Source: Amphiscolops sp. MND2022
Lineage: Eukaryota
Assembly (NCBI GenBank): GCA_964187785.1
Contig: OZ076409.1
Location: 19,096,001 to 19,160,000 of the forward strand
Length of the DNA: 64,000 nt
Direction: 5' to 3'
In this document: piece after piece, positions 35,201 to 48,633 of the stretch
Numbering within the stretch: position 1 is the first letter of the stretch
How the letters are laid out: each line of letters opens with the position of its first letter
Program-made: the position numbers and the translations under genes
The notes under the pieces: model-generated
Databases searched by the model: none
What the model saw: the letters and a program-made list of their open reading frames with translations, nothing else
What the model was told of the DNA's origin: nothing

Positions 35201-38200
35201 CCAAGAAGTTATTTCCAACGAAAGGCCGAACGTCTAGGGTTACATATGTTTGGGGACAGTTCGCAAGATGTTTTTAGTGCAGTAGCTTTCCTCAGAGGCA
35301 AAGTCACCAGCGACGATGACAGTTCTACTGAAATAGCCTTCGTTTTCGGCAAAGCAAGAGTTGCACCTATGAAAGCCTTGACCATTCCCAAACTCGAACT
35401 GCAGGCCGCACTGCTTTCCGCAAGATTGAGAAACGAAGTGCAACGTGCTTTAACTCGGTAAATCGAGAAGACTTTCATGTGGACCGACAGTACTATGGTG
35501 CTTCAGTGGTTACACTCCCTTGAAAAACAGCCTGTATTTGTTGCAAACCGCGTTGCGGAAATACTCGAACTAACGACTGTTGACGAATGGTACCATGTTC
35601 AATCCGCTAACAACCCTGCTGATGCTGGAACTAGAGGTTTGTCCGCCAAAGATCTTTTAAAGAGTAGTTGGTTAAGCGGTCCCAACTTCTTGAAAACAAC
35701 TGAATGGCCTTTCAAGCCATCCGAAGGCTTCCGACTGAAACTGAAACAAACTAAACCGGATCCTACCGACGAACCAAGTAATGAGTCGTGTTCAATGCTG
35801 TCTGAAACCCAAGTTGCAACAGCGAAAACTTTCGAGTGGCAGAAATATGGCTCTTACGAGAAACTCCTGCGCATTGCAGCCTACGTTTTACGACTTCTGT
35901 CGAGAAATAGGGACTACAGGACAAACTCTTGCGTCATCACCGATCCTGCTGAACTTGAAAATTCCGAACAATGTCTTCTCTACCTGTCCCAAGCAGAATC
36001 ATTCCATGCCGAAAAAAGTAACTTGCTGAAGTCAACCCCGATCAGTAAATCTTCGAAAATTGTCCGATTCTCCCCCTTTATTGGACCAAACGGTATCTTA
36101 CGAGCGTCTGGCCGAACAAGACTACTCGAAACTGCCACATTTGATGTCAAACACCCCATTCTATTGGATGCCCGTCATCCACTAGTCAGACTTCTCCTAG
36201 AACATTTACACTCCCAACATTGCCATCAGGACGTTGACTATCTGAGAGCGTTGGTGCAGCAGCGATTTGCTGTAGTCAAGCTGAGAGCCGTCCTGAGAAC
36301 CATTGTTTCGAGATGCCTAACATGCCGTAAACGAAAAGCTGAAACCCTGACTCCAATAATGTCCGACCTACCCCGCGAAAGGCTGGCGTTTAAAGAACCT
36401 CCTTTCTTGAACACTGGGATTGATTACTTCGGACCGTTTTTTGTATCAGTGAAAAGGTCGACTGAAAAACGGTGGGGCTTCCTTTTCACTTGTTTGACGA
36501 CTCGCGCCGTTCACTTTGAAATTGTTCCAAGTATGGATACCAGCAGTTGCGTGATGGGGATTGAAAGATTTTGTGCCCGCCGTGGAATCCCATTAGTAAT
36601 CTTGTCCGACAACGGGACAAACTTCGTTGCCAGCGAGAAAGAACTTTTATCCAACATCAATAACTGGAATCAACAAGTTCTCAGCGAGTCACTCGTTAAG
36701 AAAGGGATCAAGTGGAAGTTTAACCCTCCAAGTGCCCCCCACCACGGAGGTGTTTGGGAACGTCTAGTTCGTAGCTTCAAACACGTTTTCTACGCCGTTT
36801 TAGGAAACCGCCGTTTGACAGACGAAATCTTGACGACAACGTTTTGCCTAGTGGAACAATGTCTCAACGCCCGCCCAATCACACCCGTTAGTCCTGAAGC
36901 TACTGACATCGACGCTCTCACACCAAATCACTTTCTTCTTGGAACAGCTAGTTCAACATTGCCGTCACATTTCCGCCCCGAAATAGACCATCGAAAGCGA
37001 TATGTTCGAGCTCAAGCGTATTCGGATGCAATTTGGAATCGTTGGCTCAAGGAGTACGTTCCACACCTCAACTGTCGCTCGAAATGGTTTCAATCGTCAG
37101 ACCGACATCTGAAAACCGGAGATCTTGTCTGGATAGTTGAGCCTACCGCACCAAGAGGACACTACCCACTTGGTCGCGTGGTGAAGTTAAACTACGGCAC
37201 CGATGCCATCGCCCGTTCAGCTGAAGTCAAGACCTCAACCGGAAACCTTGTTCGCCCAGTTGTCAAGCTCGCTCCCGTTCTCCCCATTTCCGAGTAAACT
37301 ATAAAAGAAAAATGAACTATTTCATTCATTTCGTCAAATTTATTGTGTTTTTGTAACAAGTATAACAACTACATTTAAAAAGTTTTTTTTACTATTGAAT
37401 TCATTCATTTGTCTACATCTTTTTGGGCCCGGAGGATGTTGCGTTTGCAATAAGATTGGAATTATTTTATCAAATAATCCTTCGAAATAACTTCATAAAA
37501 TCCGAAATACATAGTAAAAAATATCTTTTTGGAAATATAAAAAGTCAAAAAGTTAATTCTTTGCTATCTCGAACTCATGACTCATTTTGTTCATGTGTTT
37601 ATTGGTTTTCTGTAAAAGTTTGCGGGATTATCATTGTGGTTTCATTCTTTCTGGGATTCAAACTTATTTGTTATCCCTGAAACATCTTTTGATAAAATTC
37701 CCAAAACGAGGTATAGGAAAACTATACAATTCTTTCAATTGGAGACCGTCGGAAAAATTGAAGCAGGCATTTCCAGAAAAAAAGCTAACTTTAAAATATA
37801 GAAAAGAGTCAAGTCAATTTCATTAGTTTTTGAGCTATCACTTGAAAAAATTTGAACAATTTCAAAAGTACAGATGTCTTTAGTCTTTTGGTGCCTTGGA
37901 ATCAAATTTTAAATTGCCACCTGGATAAAACTTTTCCTGGGAACATGTTATGGAAGTGTAGGTGCATCGATGATTTGGAGATGTCTCACAAACCATTTGT
38001 AGGTCAATCGCCCTAATTGTCGAAAAATACTCTTGAATAGTTATCGTCGTCACAGTGTATGAAGACTGAAAAGCTTCTCTTTGATGATAAAATGGTTTTT
38101 ATTTTGCAGGTACAATGTCGCGTTCGGGCGGACCCTGGAGAGTAAGTTTGTGAAGCAGCAGGAGTTCATGTTGAACCGAATCCACAAGGAGATGATGATG

Positions 38201-38233
38201 TTGCTCGATGAGTGGTGGCCCATGACAATGCAG
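26289..38233 (+). CDS. PITP: Host phosphatidylinositol transfer protein gene (multi-exon; last exon(s) not resolved)
   Basis: Exon 26289-26381 MKLILYKMVMPFSVQDYEKAFIYTLARISRK. Exon 26831-27208 ETGKGSGVE..CQYTFKIYH..FLEKSWNCFPY. Exon ~27787-27956 ..PVMCAYKLARVK. Exon 38110-38233 ..RIHKEMMMLLDEWWPMTMQ. These match PITP family motifs, with GT-AG boundaries in consistent phase. Confidence 0.85.
28513..28815 (+). repeat. 5' LTR of the BEL/Pao element
   Basis: Direct repeat of 37437-37737. Confidence 0.95.
29895..30407 (+). pseudogene. Extra ORF upstream of gag, SGNH/GDSL-hydrolase-like, frameshifted and 5'-disrupted
   Basis: KNPKKIVQNLLLKDLSESTDIVIWHDVLNNSISKH [frameshift ~30075] LKPLQNKLRALVYCHRFRTPHI...LKALHQSPGIELKH. 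DxxNN resembles SGNH block III. Confidence 0.4.
30440..30602. repeat. Short tandem repeat in the BEL/Pao 5' leader
   Basis: gtgtccggacttcattgtctggttgaagtt occurs three times (~30442, ~30503, ~30572). Confidence 0.75.
30920..37297 (+). CDS. BEL/Pao gag-pol polyprotein (gag, protease, RT, RNase H, integrase) with a single in-frame TAA at 35459-35461
   Basis: DUF1759 gag, LCDSAC protease, RT ADIDGMF/FYMDDYL, RNase H MFGDSSQ..IPKLELQAALL*..WTDST, integrase GIDYFGP/SDNGTNF/GGVWERLV and DUF5641 tail. The two ORFs are in the same frame. Confidence 0.95.
37437..37737 (+). repeat. 3' LTR of the BEL/Pao element
   Basis: Direct repeat of 28513-28815, followed by TSD ATTGG. Confidence 0.95.
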
Positions 38234-39139
38234 GTTGTTTTTTTCGACCTTCTTTAAATTAAATTTTGAAATTCTCCAGTCGATAATTTTCGTACAGATT
38301 ATTACCCAAAACCGGAAAATTTGCGAGCCAAACATGTCATAATTGAATACTTTACATCTTAATCATACAGCTTTTTTCTTTGGTGGTCAGAAAAAATGCT
38401 TGCTATGGTGGAAAATATTCACAAAATCGGTTTCGAGACATTGGAATCTGCTTTTCGAGTCAAATTGCTTTGCTGCGCATTGGATTGAGCAACAGGACTA
38501 GCAACAATTCATATCAAGCTACTTCTCACATGAGGCGACAACTCATATCAAATCAAAAAGGCGCCGATTTCTATCAGCAATAATTCATGTCATTAAGGAA
38601 AAAGAGGAAACTCATAGGTTTGTCAAAGGTTACAAATACCAAATTATACTTCAAAAACAATAATTAGATGCAATTAAAAATTCGAAAAAAAATGGAACTA
38701 GTTCACAACTTTCTACGTTCCGGACGACTTCATTTTCATTGCAATCTTTTTAACTACGTGTGATAAAGAAGTGATTATCCAGGGCAATGTTAACTAGTAG
38801 CTACCATAAAGTTCTCTTTCGCTTTTCAAACTTCTGACAAATGCTTTTGACTTAGATAGTTATACCTAATCATTAAATGAATCATTTAGAGTCTCTTCTA
38901 AAACATTTTCTGATATAAAATTCACTTTTTATATACAAGTTATGATTGATATGATTTGTCGCTTTTTGAATTTGGTATAAGTAGTCGACTGATAAGAGTT
39001 GTCGCCTTACCGGGCAAAAATGTTAGAACTTGACTGGATTTCTTGTTGAGAGTACCACCCTGAATCAAGCCGGGAACGGCCCAAGTCGGCGCCATATCTA
39101 AGGCCCAAAAATAGCAAAAAGACTTCAGAGTGCCAAGAA

Positions 39140-39310
39140 GACGTTATATCCGAATTTGAAAACGTTACAACCAAACTTTGAAAGCGTTACTTCCGAATTC
39201 CGAAAACTTTACATCCGAACTTTAAACGAACTTTGAAAACGTTACATCCAAACTTTGAAAACGTTATATCCGAACTTTGAAAACGTTTTATCCGAACTTT
39301 GAAAACGCTA
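39140..39310. repeat. 22-bp minisatellite (AACGTTACATCCGAACTTTGAA)n, ~7 degenerate copies
   Basis: Visible periodic repeat. Confidence 0.8.
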
Positions 39311-40719
39311 TTTTCGGAAAAAGTTGCATAGTGCCGAAAAAACCCATTTCATTCCAGTGACTAAGCACAATGTACATGACGTTGGAAAAGCACAAAAAGG
39401 GATATTTGTGAATGGTTTTTTGTTTCTTTTTAAAGATTTCGTTGTAGTTTGAAGAGTACGTCAAGTAGTTTAAGTGAACCGCTGTATAAAATCACGCGCC
39501 TTCTGGATGTATTTCCATTTGGCAGTGCATCTTACATCGAATGAAGAACCAAAATCTCAATTGAATATTTATATTTTCACATCTGGCCAACAAGTTTGGC
39601 CTACGGTGACTCTAGCGCCTTCACACCTCATGGCATTTGATGTCATTACACACATAGGACCCTAATATTGTGTCGAATGACTGTAGAAATTTCGTTCGAA
39701 TCTTATGTAGTTTTTGAGAGAATCGAAAAAAGTACAGAAATGGCCCTTTTTTGGTTATTTTTGAACTAATTTTGGCTACAGTTCTCAGATGCCAGTCAAA
39801 CAATTTTGATGCCATAGCACACGCAGGAGCACCTTTGGGTGTAGAAAGACTGTGCTAAATTTTATACAAATCGCATTGAAAAATTGAAAAAATTGAAATT
39901 TTCAGTTGAAAGGTGTGGAGAAAACAAGGTACGAGTGCACAAGTTGTCGAAAATTTTTCCCGACTCCCAAAAAGTAACAATTCCTCGTTTTTCGTTAAAT
40001 CGAACAATGGAAGATTTTGGCATCTAGTTGCTTTATTCAAATACATAGAGATATATACAACTTTTGCTTCAAATCTATTGAAAAGGGTGGGCCAATGACT
40101 TCTAGGAAAAATAATAAATTCACACATTCGCATTCTTCGCATCTTTCTCGTTATGATAATTCTGACAAGAAAAAAGAAACAACTAGCTCTGAAAAAAACG
40201 AATTTATTTATTTGGAAATCTCATACCAAATGTCAAGGAACAAAATAGTATGGTATCCCAAAAAGGACAGGAAAAGAGCTTTTCATTTTTCAAACCTTTT
40301 TTCCTGCATTACAGTCCGGTGGGTGGTTGCTGATAAAAGGACTTTGGCTTTTCTCCTTGTGTTGTAATCAAAGTTAATATTTGTGGATAAGTACGCACGT
40401 GGTGAGTTTGATTTCAATTGCTTAAGAACTTCGTTTACAACTTCGATTATACACTTTTTGATCCAAACGTAATAAGCTCTTATTTCGAAATATCAACAGT
40501 CAATTTGTTGGCCGCATACCACTTTCTTAATTGTAAGATATTTTCACTCAAGTCATTAGTAGCGTACCTACTGATGTTATATATAGAGGTATCATCTGGA
40601 AATAACGTTAAATTACCTTTTCACAGTACTGAGGAAGGATATTTGTATAGATTAGGAACAGGAAGGGGCCTAGAACTGAGCCTTGAGGAACACCAGTTTT
40701 TATTGTTTTTTATTTGAAC

Positions 40720-42970
40720 TTCTGTTTTTTTGTTATAACGTATTGTCGTCCATCAGAGAGGTAAGACTTCATGATTTTTAAAATTGGTCCTCGGTACCCA
40801 TATTTTTCAAGTTTTTGTATCAAAATTTGATGATCAAGGGTCTCAAATCCTTTTTGTAAGTCTTTGAAGCATACACGACCATTCGTTCGTGAATCAATCT
40901 TTTCGCGAATATATTCTGTTACTTTCATGATGGCAATGCTACAAGACATATTTAACTGAATCCAAACTGATTGGGACTGAAAAGTCCATTTTTCTTGTAC
41001 AACAGTGTTGTTTGTTTGCACAAGATTCTCTCAAACACTTTACTTAAGGGGCCTAATAAAAAAATTTCGTCGATAATTCGAGGAGTCATCTGTTTTTCCT
41101 TTTTTGAACACCGGTATAACTTTCGCGATTTTCAAGCAATCTGGAAAATGTTTGTTTTCAATAGCATGGTTCATAGCTTCGGCAGGGTATGGATCAATGA
41201 TTGGAGAACATAGTTTCAAAATTTTGTTGCCGATCTCGTCATTATCTTTACTGCTTTTACTTTTCATTTTCATTACTAATTTACTGATTTTTTTCGCGTC
41301 GGTGAGGCTAATAACCATTGAATTGATGTTTCGTTCCACTTTAATATCCACTAAATCTTGTGATTTGATTTTTGCAGATAATGGAGGGCCTGTTTCAGTG
41401 AAACCTTCATTAGGAACTTGAGCACATGGCAGATTGGGGCTTTCACCTAAAACTTTCTCGTTGTGATCTCTGGAATCTGATAGCATTTCTGATAACATAA
41501 GTTAACCGATTTCGTTGTTTAACATATCTTTCTCGATTGTAATCATCTGATTGGAGTATTCACTTATTGAATTCACGTTTAACCGTTTCATTTTTAACCT
41601 TGTTTGTAATCCATGTGGATTCTTTTTTATTCTTAATACTAAATTCTTCCTTAGGAACAAATCTATACAAACAATCCATGATAATTTTGCTTAAGCTTTC
41701 AAAGCGTTCATCAACGTCTGTTATTTCACTGAGAGACTTTAGTTTCTGTTCCAGTAGAAACAAAAATTTCAGATACTGATCACCTTTCAGTTTGTTCAAG
41801 TTGTTTAATTGGTTTTTCGGTTGATAGCTCCGATCGTGACGTCGAAAATGATGCAGTAAATTTGACGGCATAATGATCAGATATCGTTATAGTGATAGTT
41901 TTAGTTTCAACCATTGATGACGTTATTACGTAATCAAGACATATGGCAGATGTCGCAGTAACTCTGGTGGCCTCAAAGTTTCGAATTTTGTATCCGTATG
42001 ACTGTATCATTTTTCCATATTTCGTTTTTTCATAGCTCGGTTTTAGCGTGTCTATGTTGAAACATCCGAAAATCGAAGTTCTTCCCTTCACATTACTTAG
42101 GAACGCAAATAACTTGCCAAGGTCTTCAATAAATTGATTTATGCTATTTTGAGGCCGGTTTTACCATGCAAAAGTGTTTTTCCCTTCGATCACTGCCCAT
42201 TACTCTGAATATAAGTCCTTTTAGATCTGAGGTGTAATTGATCCGCTCGAACTGTAGATTACGCTTCAAATACAGTGCACCACCGCCTCGTTTTTGATCA
42301 TTATAATGTGGTTTAGATTCTAGCGTCTAGCGGATGGTAGCCGTCAATGTGGTATTCCTTGAGTGGTCACTTTCAGTTAACCAAGTTTCAGTGAGCAATT
42401 TGAGCTCAGGTGTTTTTTCATAGTCTTGAAATTTCACTAGGAGATCATCATGATGGTATTTTAACGATCTTATATTAAGGCCAAGGAAAGTTCTTTTCAG
42501 CTGGAATAGCTTGAGAGTACAGCTTTTTCAAAGACATGAAACAGAAAATGAGAACAGCACAGTAGAGCATAGAGGGGAACACCGTTTTACAATTTGGCTA
42601 TTTTCGATAACTTGATTAAGATTCCAATATTCCCGAGATACGCCGAGTCAGTTATTTTTTTTTCAAAAACTGGGACAACTTCTTCATCTGAAGCTTCTCT
42701 GAGACTTTTCAATATTTCTTCCAAGTTTGGTATCCTACTGCTGGTAGTTGGACATTTTGTTGTTGGCAATGCTATAGGCTGAACAGCTTTTCTTCCCTGT
42801 AGCGCGGTATTTTTGATATCATCAACTGCTTTGAGACTGTTTACAACCACGCTGTGAATAACTCCTTGACAATTCTTGCGAAAAACTTTCACCTTAGAAT
42901 TTAGAGTTGTTGTAATTAACTTCAGGCTCTCTGCATGCTGTTTTATATCAACATCAGCTTTTGGCAACCT
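40720..42970 (-). mobile_element. Decayed non-LTR retrotransposon (CR1/L2-like): ORF1 remnant, APE endonuclease and partial RT
   Basis: APE remnants (LLTETW-like, FNIDTL, TISDHYAV), KIAKVIPVFKKG..NYR and DLQKGFETLDHQILIQKLEKYGYRG..MKSYLSDGRQYV. Multiple stops. The 3' half of RT is missing. Confidence 0.85.
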
Positions 42971-43376
42971 TTCTTTGATACAGATTTAGTTTTTGGTGAT
43001 GGGATTTACACATTTCGATAGTCATGATTTCCTTTTGTAAATCTTGGACTTTTCGCCAAAGTACGTAAATTTATCGATTATGGCAGGGGCATATTTTCCA
43101 GTATTCCAGGGTCCTAGTGGGTGACAGGCCTTGAAAGTACCAGGAAAAGTTTCGAAGCTCAAACAGTTTTCTAAAATAATAACACATTTGTTCCGCCAGA
43201 GGATAGTTTTTGTCGTTATACAAAGTGTTTTTTTTAGTTGTCACACTTTTGAATTGCAATAACTACCCTTGACGTGGAACTAGGAATACGAACTTTTGCA
43301 TGTGTCGAGCTAAGATAATAGAAGAGCGTTTGTGGTAACATGCAACGATTACTAACGTTACCTCGTTTCACAACAT

Positions 43377-43830
43377 GTGAATGAATTTTACTTCCGATTC
43401 AAAAACCGCCGTGATAAAACACCACTTTGCACAATGCTTTCTCATGCAGAAAACGTCTTTCTGTTGGAAAATTTTTACAAGACTGGAAGCGTTAAGCTTA
43501 CACAGAACGAGTTTCGACGTCGCTTCGGTGAAAAAGTTGATCGCAGAACAGTGTACCGACTAAGAGAAAAGCTCAGAGACCACGGGACAATTACTGACAG
43601 GCGGGTTATTATTCGGATCAGGGATGCACCAGTCGTTACCGACCAATTTGTCAATCGCGTAAGCAGAGAACTTAAGGGCCTCACTTCACTGCGGAAACTT
43701 GCCCGATCATTACAAACTTCTGTAACGTCTGTTCGGAAAGCGGACTGAAATTTTTTCGTTACAAATTGTTAATCTTGAAAGAACTCAAAGACGAAGACAA
43801 ACCGCAGAGGGTAGCTTTGGGTAAGTAAGA
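43377..43830 (+). pseudogene. Tc1/mariner-family transposase N-terminal (DUF4817-like HTH) fragment
   Basis: ENVFLLENFYKTGSVKLTQNEFRRRF..RRTVYRLREKLRDHGTITDR..TSLRKLARSL..SVRK then FRYKLLILKELKDEDK. The DDD domain is absent. Confidence 0.7.
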
Positions 43831-44079
43831 TCGGATCAAGAGCGCTTTTGACGATATTCGAGGCGATACAGGTCTATTTTTGCGATTTTGGGCGAATCTG
43901 TTACACCGTTGCAAATTGGTGGTGGAAAAACACGGTGAACACATTGAGCCGCTTTCTAAAACCCAGCGAAAAATTTAACTATCTGTTACGGTTGAAGTAA
44001 ATTGAACTGAAGCAATTTTTTTAATAGATCTTTCTTCTATTATCTTGGCTTCATGCATGCAAAATTTCATCTTAGTAGC

Positions 44080-44397
44080 TTAACTGGTCAACGAGATATT
44101 TAAAAACAACAGTGTGACAACTAAAAAAAACACTTTGTATATGGGTGCATGTTCGAAAATCATCGGGTCTTCAGAAGTAAATCGTTCTTGTTCATTAATC
44201 CGGTCCTCTAAATGCACGATTTGTTGTTCCAAAAATGAAACTCTCTTACCTCCGTTCTCTAATTCATCGAATAAATGCTGTAATAATTGTTCAACATTAC
44301 CCTCCTCCAATTGATTTAGCTTCGTAAGAAAATGGTTTGGGTCTAATTCCACTTTTTGAAGTTCAATAGCGTTCAAGAAGTCAATAAATACTGTCAA
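44080..44397 (-). pseudogene. LINE ORF1-like coiled-coil fragment
   Basis: LEQQIVHLEDRINEQERFTSEDPMIFEHAP resembles the LExRxxEQERYSxKxCII motif of LINE ORF1p. Confidence 0.4.
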
Positions 44398-46787
44398 TAA
44401 TGTTTCGGTAAAGCCAATTTTACAAACCTATTTTGATGTAGCGCAAAGTTCTGTTGTATTCAGTTTTGCTTTCTTCTATGCACAAGACTCACATATTCAC
44501 TGTATAGCATTCTTGCTGGTAGCATGCTCGCTGTATAGCATTCTGATAAATAATCTTCAATTCTCTCGGACCAGCTAAAACTTCGAAGCATTCAATAGTA
44601 TTTGAAACAAGCCGTTACCGGTCCAAGTTCGGCGCCCCCTCAAGTTTCTTGAATATGCAAAAGACACTGTTTTTAAACTTTAATCATTTTCTCACTGCCT
44701 AAAAAGACCCCAAAGGATACGCATAAGACTTGGGAACCACTTTTTCTCCAACTGGAAACAAAAAAAGTCCATTTTTCAAAAAAATTCGGAAATCTCTGGG
44801 TGCCAAAAAAGGGATTTTCAGCTCGAAAATTTTCTTGCTCTAACCTTTTCTCAAGTCGAAATTTGCTATAAAAGTGGACGAGTACCCTTTGATCAAATGA
44901 AAGTTTCGGAAAAACGCACAGAGCCAAAAAAGCTTTAATAAAAAACTATTGTTGTAGAGTATCGAGAACAAAACAGCTGTTCGGCTAGGTGGATAACGAA
45001 TGAGGTCTCACAATACAAAAAATCCAAACAGGGGACCATTTCGCTTCAGATGATTTTGTACCAACTCTAAATATCCTAAAAATCGAAAGGGGACCCTTTT
45101 GTAACATTGGAAAATTCTCCAAGAAACGTTATATCCGGTATACGGTATAACTGGAATTCGTTATTTCCGGTGTGCGTTGAATCTGGTATGGGTTGTGTTG
45201 TTGTCGAAGGGGACTCCTTTACTGCTCAAATGTAGTATGTAGATGGCCATAAGGGACTTTGCCTAAATTGAAGAAGAACTTTTGTTCAAACTACTTTGGA
45301 CAGTTCAGGTGTATCTTAAGAAAAGCACCGCTTAAAAATGTATCGGAAAACCATTCCATATATTTTCCGGTAAGTTTCCTGGAAAATTCTTTCAAAATTG
45401 AGATCACGAACCTGGACTTGTATTTTATGATTTATAGTTTTTACTGAAATATGACTAAAAACTACGAAAAAAATTCAAAAGATCTGTTAAATTGAAAAGT
45501 TTTACAAAAAAACAGCTGCTATAGTAATAGAAAACAAGTCGGAAACGACACAAGTCGGCGCCACGCGCAGGGTCCAAAAAAGAACAAAAAGTTTCAAATG
45601 TGCAAAACGACACTATTGTAAAATATTTCATCAAACTTCAAATGCCAAAAAATACCCGAAGGGATACCCATATGACTCGAAAATCGCTTTTTCTCTAACT
45701 GAAAACGAAGACCCCCAATTTTTGAGAAACTTTCGGCAACGTTTCCACACTATTTTGCTGGATTCTGAGTAAATCTTGGCTGAAATGAAAAGTCTCAAGA
45801 TCCTGCCGAGAATCCCGGGAATGCAGCATTTCAAGGATTTACCGGCATCGTTCCGGGATTGCCAAGGTTCCTATACTTTGATCGATGCTACATGGTTTGT
45901 TACGGAATCTCCTCGTCTGTGTCCTAGTAAACGTTGTGTCTACAGTGGAATAGCTGAAAGAAAGAACTGCCGAAAAGCAAAAAATCTCCAGGTCTTGCCA
46001 AGATTTCCTAAAAGCCGGGATCTTGCCAAAAAATTCAAGGCACCAGGAGTATCGGCAAGATTTCAAAGATTTATCAGTAACTTGTCAATACTGGCAAGAA
46101 TTATAGGGACTTTCCAGGATCTGCAAAGAACTCCAATGTGGTAAACGCTGGATAAGATCTTGGATTGTTTCGAAATCCTTTGAAGTCCCTGAGGAAAATT
46201 TGAGCTCTTGATTGGATGAACGTTGAAATCTGTTGAACCAAGAGTGTATGGAGTTCTCAGTTTTCCAATTAACCAGTCTTTTTCCAGCCATTTTTTTATA
46301 CGATCTTCATGATATAAGTATTTTACTCTAATACTGGTCCACCTTTTCCGTAGAAAACAACAACTATAACGACTAGTTTTTAGTCGGCGCCTTTTCCCTT
46401 AAGGAAAAAAGCCCGACTATTACAGTGGGTAGTTTTTTTCAGCTGACAATCTCACTCTGAATGGTCCACTTTTTTACAATCTTTTCATTTGTTCAACTAA
46501 TTTTCTGAGAAGCAGGAGATTGTGGGTTCGATTCTCGCACTAAACCACAAATTTTTTATGCTTCCAAATGTAGAAGCGAGACCAAAGGGTCCCTCCTTTG
46601 GGTTTTTTTGGCACTAAGCTACTTTTTTTTCGAAAATTTTCGATTTCTATCAAAGGGTACCCCCTTGCATTTTTCGGTCTGTGAAAACATTTAATGAGCA
46701 TAAATGGCCTCTTCTTGAGTTTTTTGGCATGGTGCGACTTTTTTAAAAAATAATATTTTTTTCCAAATGTTTCCAATAGTTGTTCCT

Positions 46788-48633
46788 TGTCGCAGGCTGC
46801 CGCCTGTGACGGCACGACGGTAACTACTTCGGCAGTTGATCAAGAATACGTACCCGGAACCTTACCTATTTATTAAGAACTTACAATTGATATCAAACTT
46901 TCACGCCATTTTGTTATTTTGTGCATTATGATCATTGATGACGCTCATTTTATATACAATTAGTCTGTTAAATCTAACAATTGGAAATTTCAATCGAGTT
47001 GATGGAGTTGTAAGGCGCTAATTTAAAGCAATAGGAAATACAATGAAACGAGCAACTGTAAGGCAGTATAGGAAACGAGTTCAAGTGACGTACGGCAATG
47101 TACCGCCAGCGTCACTTGAGCACGTTACCTCAACCAATCATATCGCAGTATGCAATCTCGTTTATTGATGCTGTTTAATTAATGGCCGAGTAAGGCCGAT
47201 TACCGCGCTTTTATTATTCTCTTTTGGTACACTGGTCAAATGGCCGGTTCCGTCCCATTAGTTCAAGATTGAAATAAGGTGATAATTTAACATGTAACAA
47301 ATCATGTTTGTTGAGTTCGTGTTTTCATAATAGCCAGATCTTTGTTCTTAACTGATGCTTCGTTTTAATACCCAACCTTTTGCTAGGCCCTTAAGGCCAT
47401 ATTTCATTAGTACTTGCCCATTAATTAGCCGGCTATTCCCGGCCATTGGAATTGTTACGTTCCTTTGAAAAGTGATGCAGTACATGTATTTGGGGCTAAT
47501 CGGTTAATCAACGCATATAATTATTAATATGTCAATTGGCCGTATTGGGCCTAATAACATGAGGTGCTTCACACTGCTGCAAAGCTAATTTAGGTCACGT
47601 GGTGGCACGTGCCAGAAAGGAATGTATGCAATGTTATTTATATTCATGATGAGTACTAGTTCCTTTGATAGACGGAAATTTCATTTGATGCGCTAGTAAA
47701 TATTTTGATGCCGCCTTTGATGAATGAATAGTTGTGATTGTAAAATGTTAGGAATTTTCCCAATCGGGACATCACCCTAAAATAGTTGCTTTGAAGTATT
47801 AATACCCGATGCCGTAATGATATTTGTCACATGACCTGTTGAGGACATAACCACATGATATTATCTTGATCAAAGAATCCGTGGAATGCAAGTGTCATCT
47901 TTCAGGAGTATATATAGTCACTTTCCTGCAAAGGGAGACACAATTTCCATAACCTTGCTTTGATAAAGATTGATTTATTACAACGACGTTTGTCAGTTTT
48001 CCGGTTTTAATAATTGAATTATTCAACCCGGTTCAGTTTCAATGCCTACCACAAGGAAACAAAAGAAAGCGAGAAAATCAAGAGAGGCAGAAATGTTGTC
48101 AGATATTGAGAATTTAGACATAATGCTTGGAGGAAATCATTATAATAGAAATGAAAGAAGTGAGAGTCTAAATAGCAACCAGGCCAGAAGACCTGGTAGT
48201 CCTTTTGGCGACGAATTTGAAAATGAGGATGAAAATAGGTTATCTAACTCTGAGAACAATGGACTTAGTCCAAATGCCGAACCAGGCCAGAACTCAGCTA
48301 GAGGTAGTTCTAACGCCGAGATCAACAGATTGTCGAGTGAGTTGAATTCCCGTATATCTCGGGAGATGGATGAGATGATGAACAGCGTCAGTGTGCAGAT
48401 TCAAAGAGCTATAAGTGAGGCAATTAGTAATCAAGTTCTTCCCCAGATTCAAAATGCCCTTATGGCCGATTCCGGACACATGACCAAAGAGAGATGGAAC
48501 GTTCCGTCTGAGAGACCGGAAGGATATTCTGAAGTTCTGCGTAATTCAGACTCTAGAAACAATTCGAAGAGTAAGGCACATGGTGACCGTCAGAAAGACG
48601 GATTCACATCCTCAGATACTCGTGCTTACGACA
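46788..48633 (+). repeat. 5' LTR (1846 bp)
   Basis: Direct repeat of 61253-63098. TATA-like GTATATATAG at ~47910. Confidence 0.9.

Larger units (their letters stand above)
28513..37737 (+). mobile_element. Near-intact BEL/Pao LTR retrotransposon (9.2 kb) inserted in a PITP intron
   Basis: LTRs 28513-28815 and 37437-37737 (TG...CA, about 4 differences by eye). 5-bp TSD ATTGG (28508-28512, 37738-37742). PBS TGGTGGCCATAGAG after the 5' LTR. GGGCCCGGAGGA tract before the 3' LTR. Confidence 0.95.

Noticed and set aside
31960-36029. Many 60-130 aa ORFs overlapping the long gag/pol ORFs here and at 48140-54896
   Set aside because: They are shadow frames of genuine coding sequence with no independent motifs.
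39900-40200. Terminal exon(s) of the PITP gene
   Set aside because: Candidate AG/GT exons (e.g. LKGVEKTR at 39906) lack convincing PITP similarity.
45750-46300. ORFs 45776-46144 and neighbours as genes
   Set aside because: They derive from degenerate CAAGATC/CCGG repeat DNA and show no recognisable protein motifs.
47741-48633. Alternative shorter LTR starting at TGTAAAATGTTAGG
   Set aside because: No matching TSD at that boundary. The 46788 start has a TTCCT TSD and a 6/7 inverted match to the LTR end.
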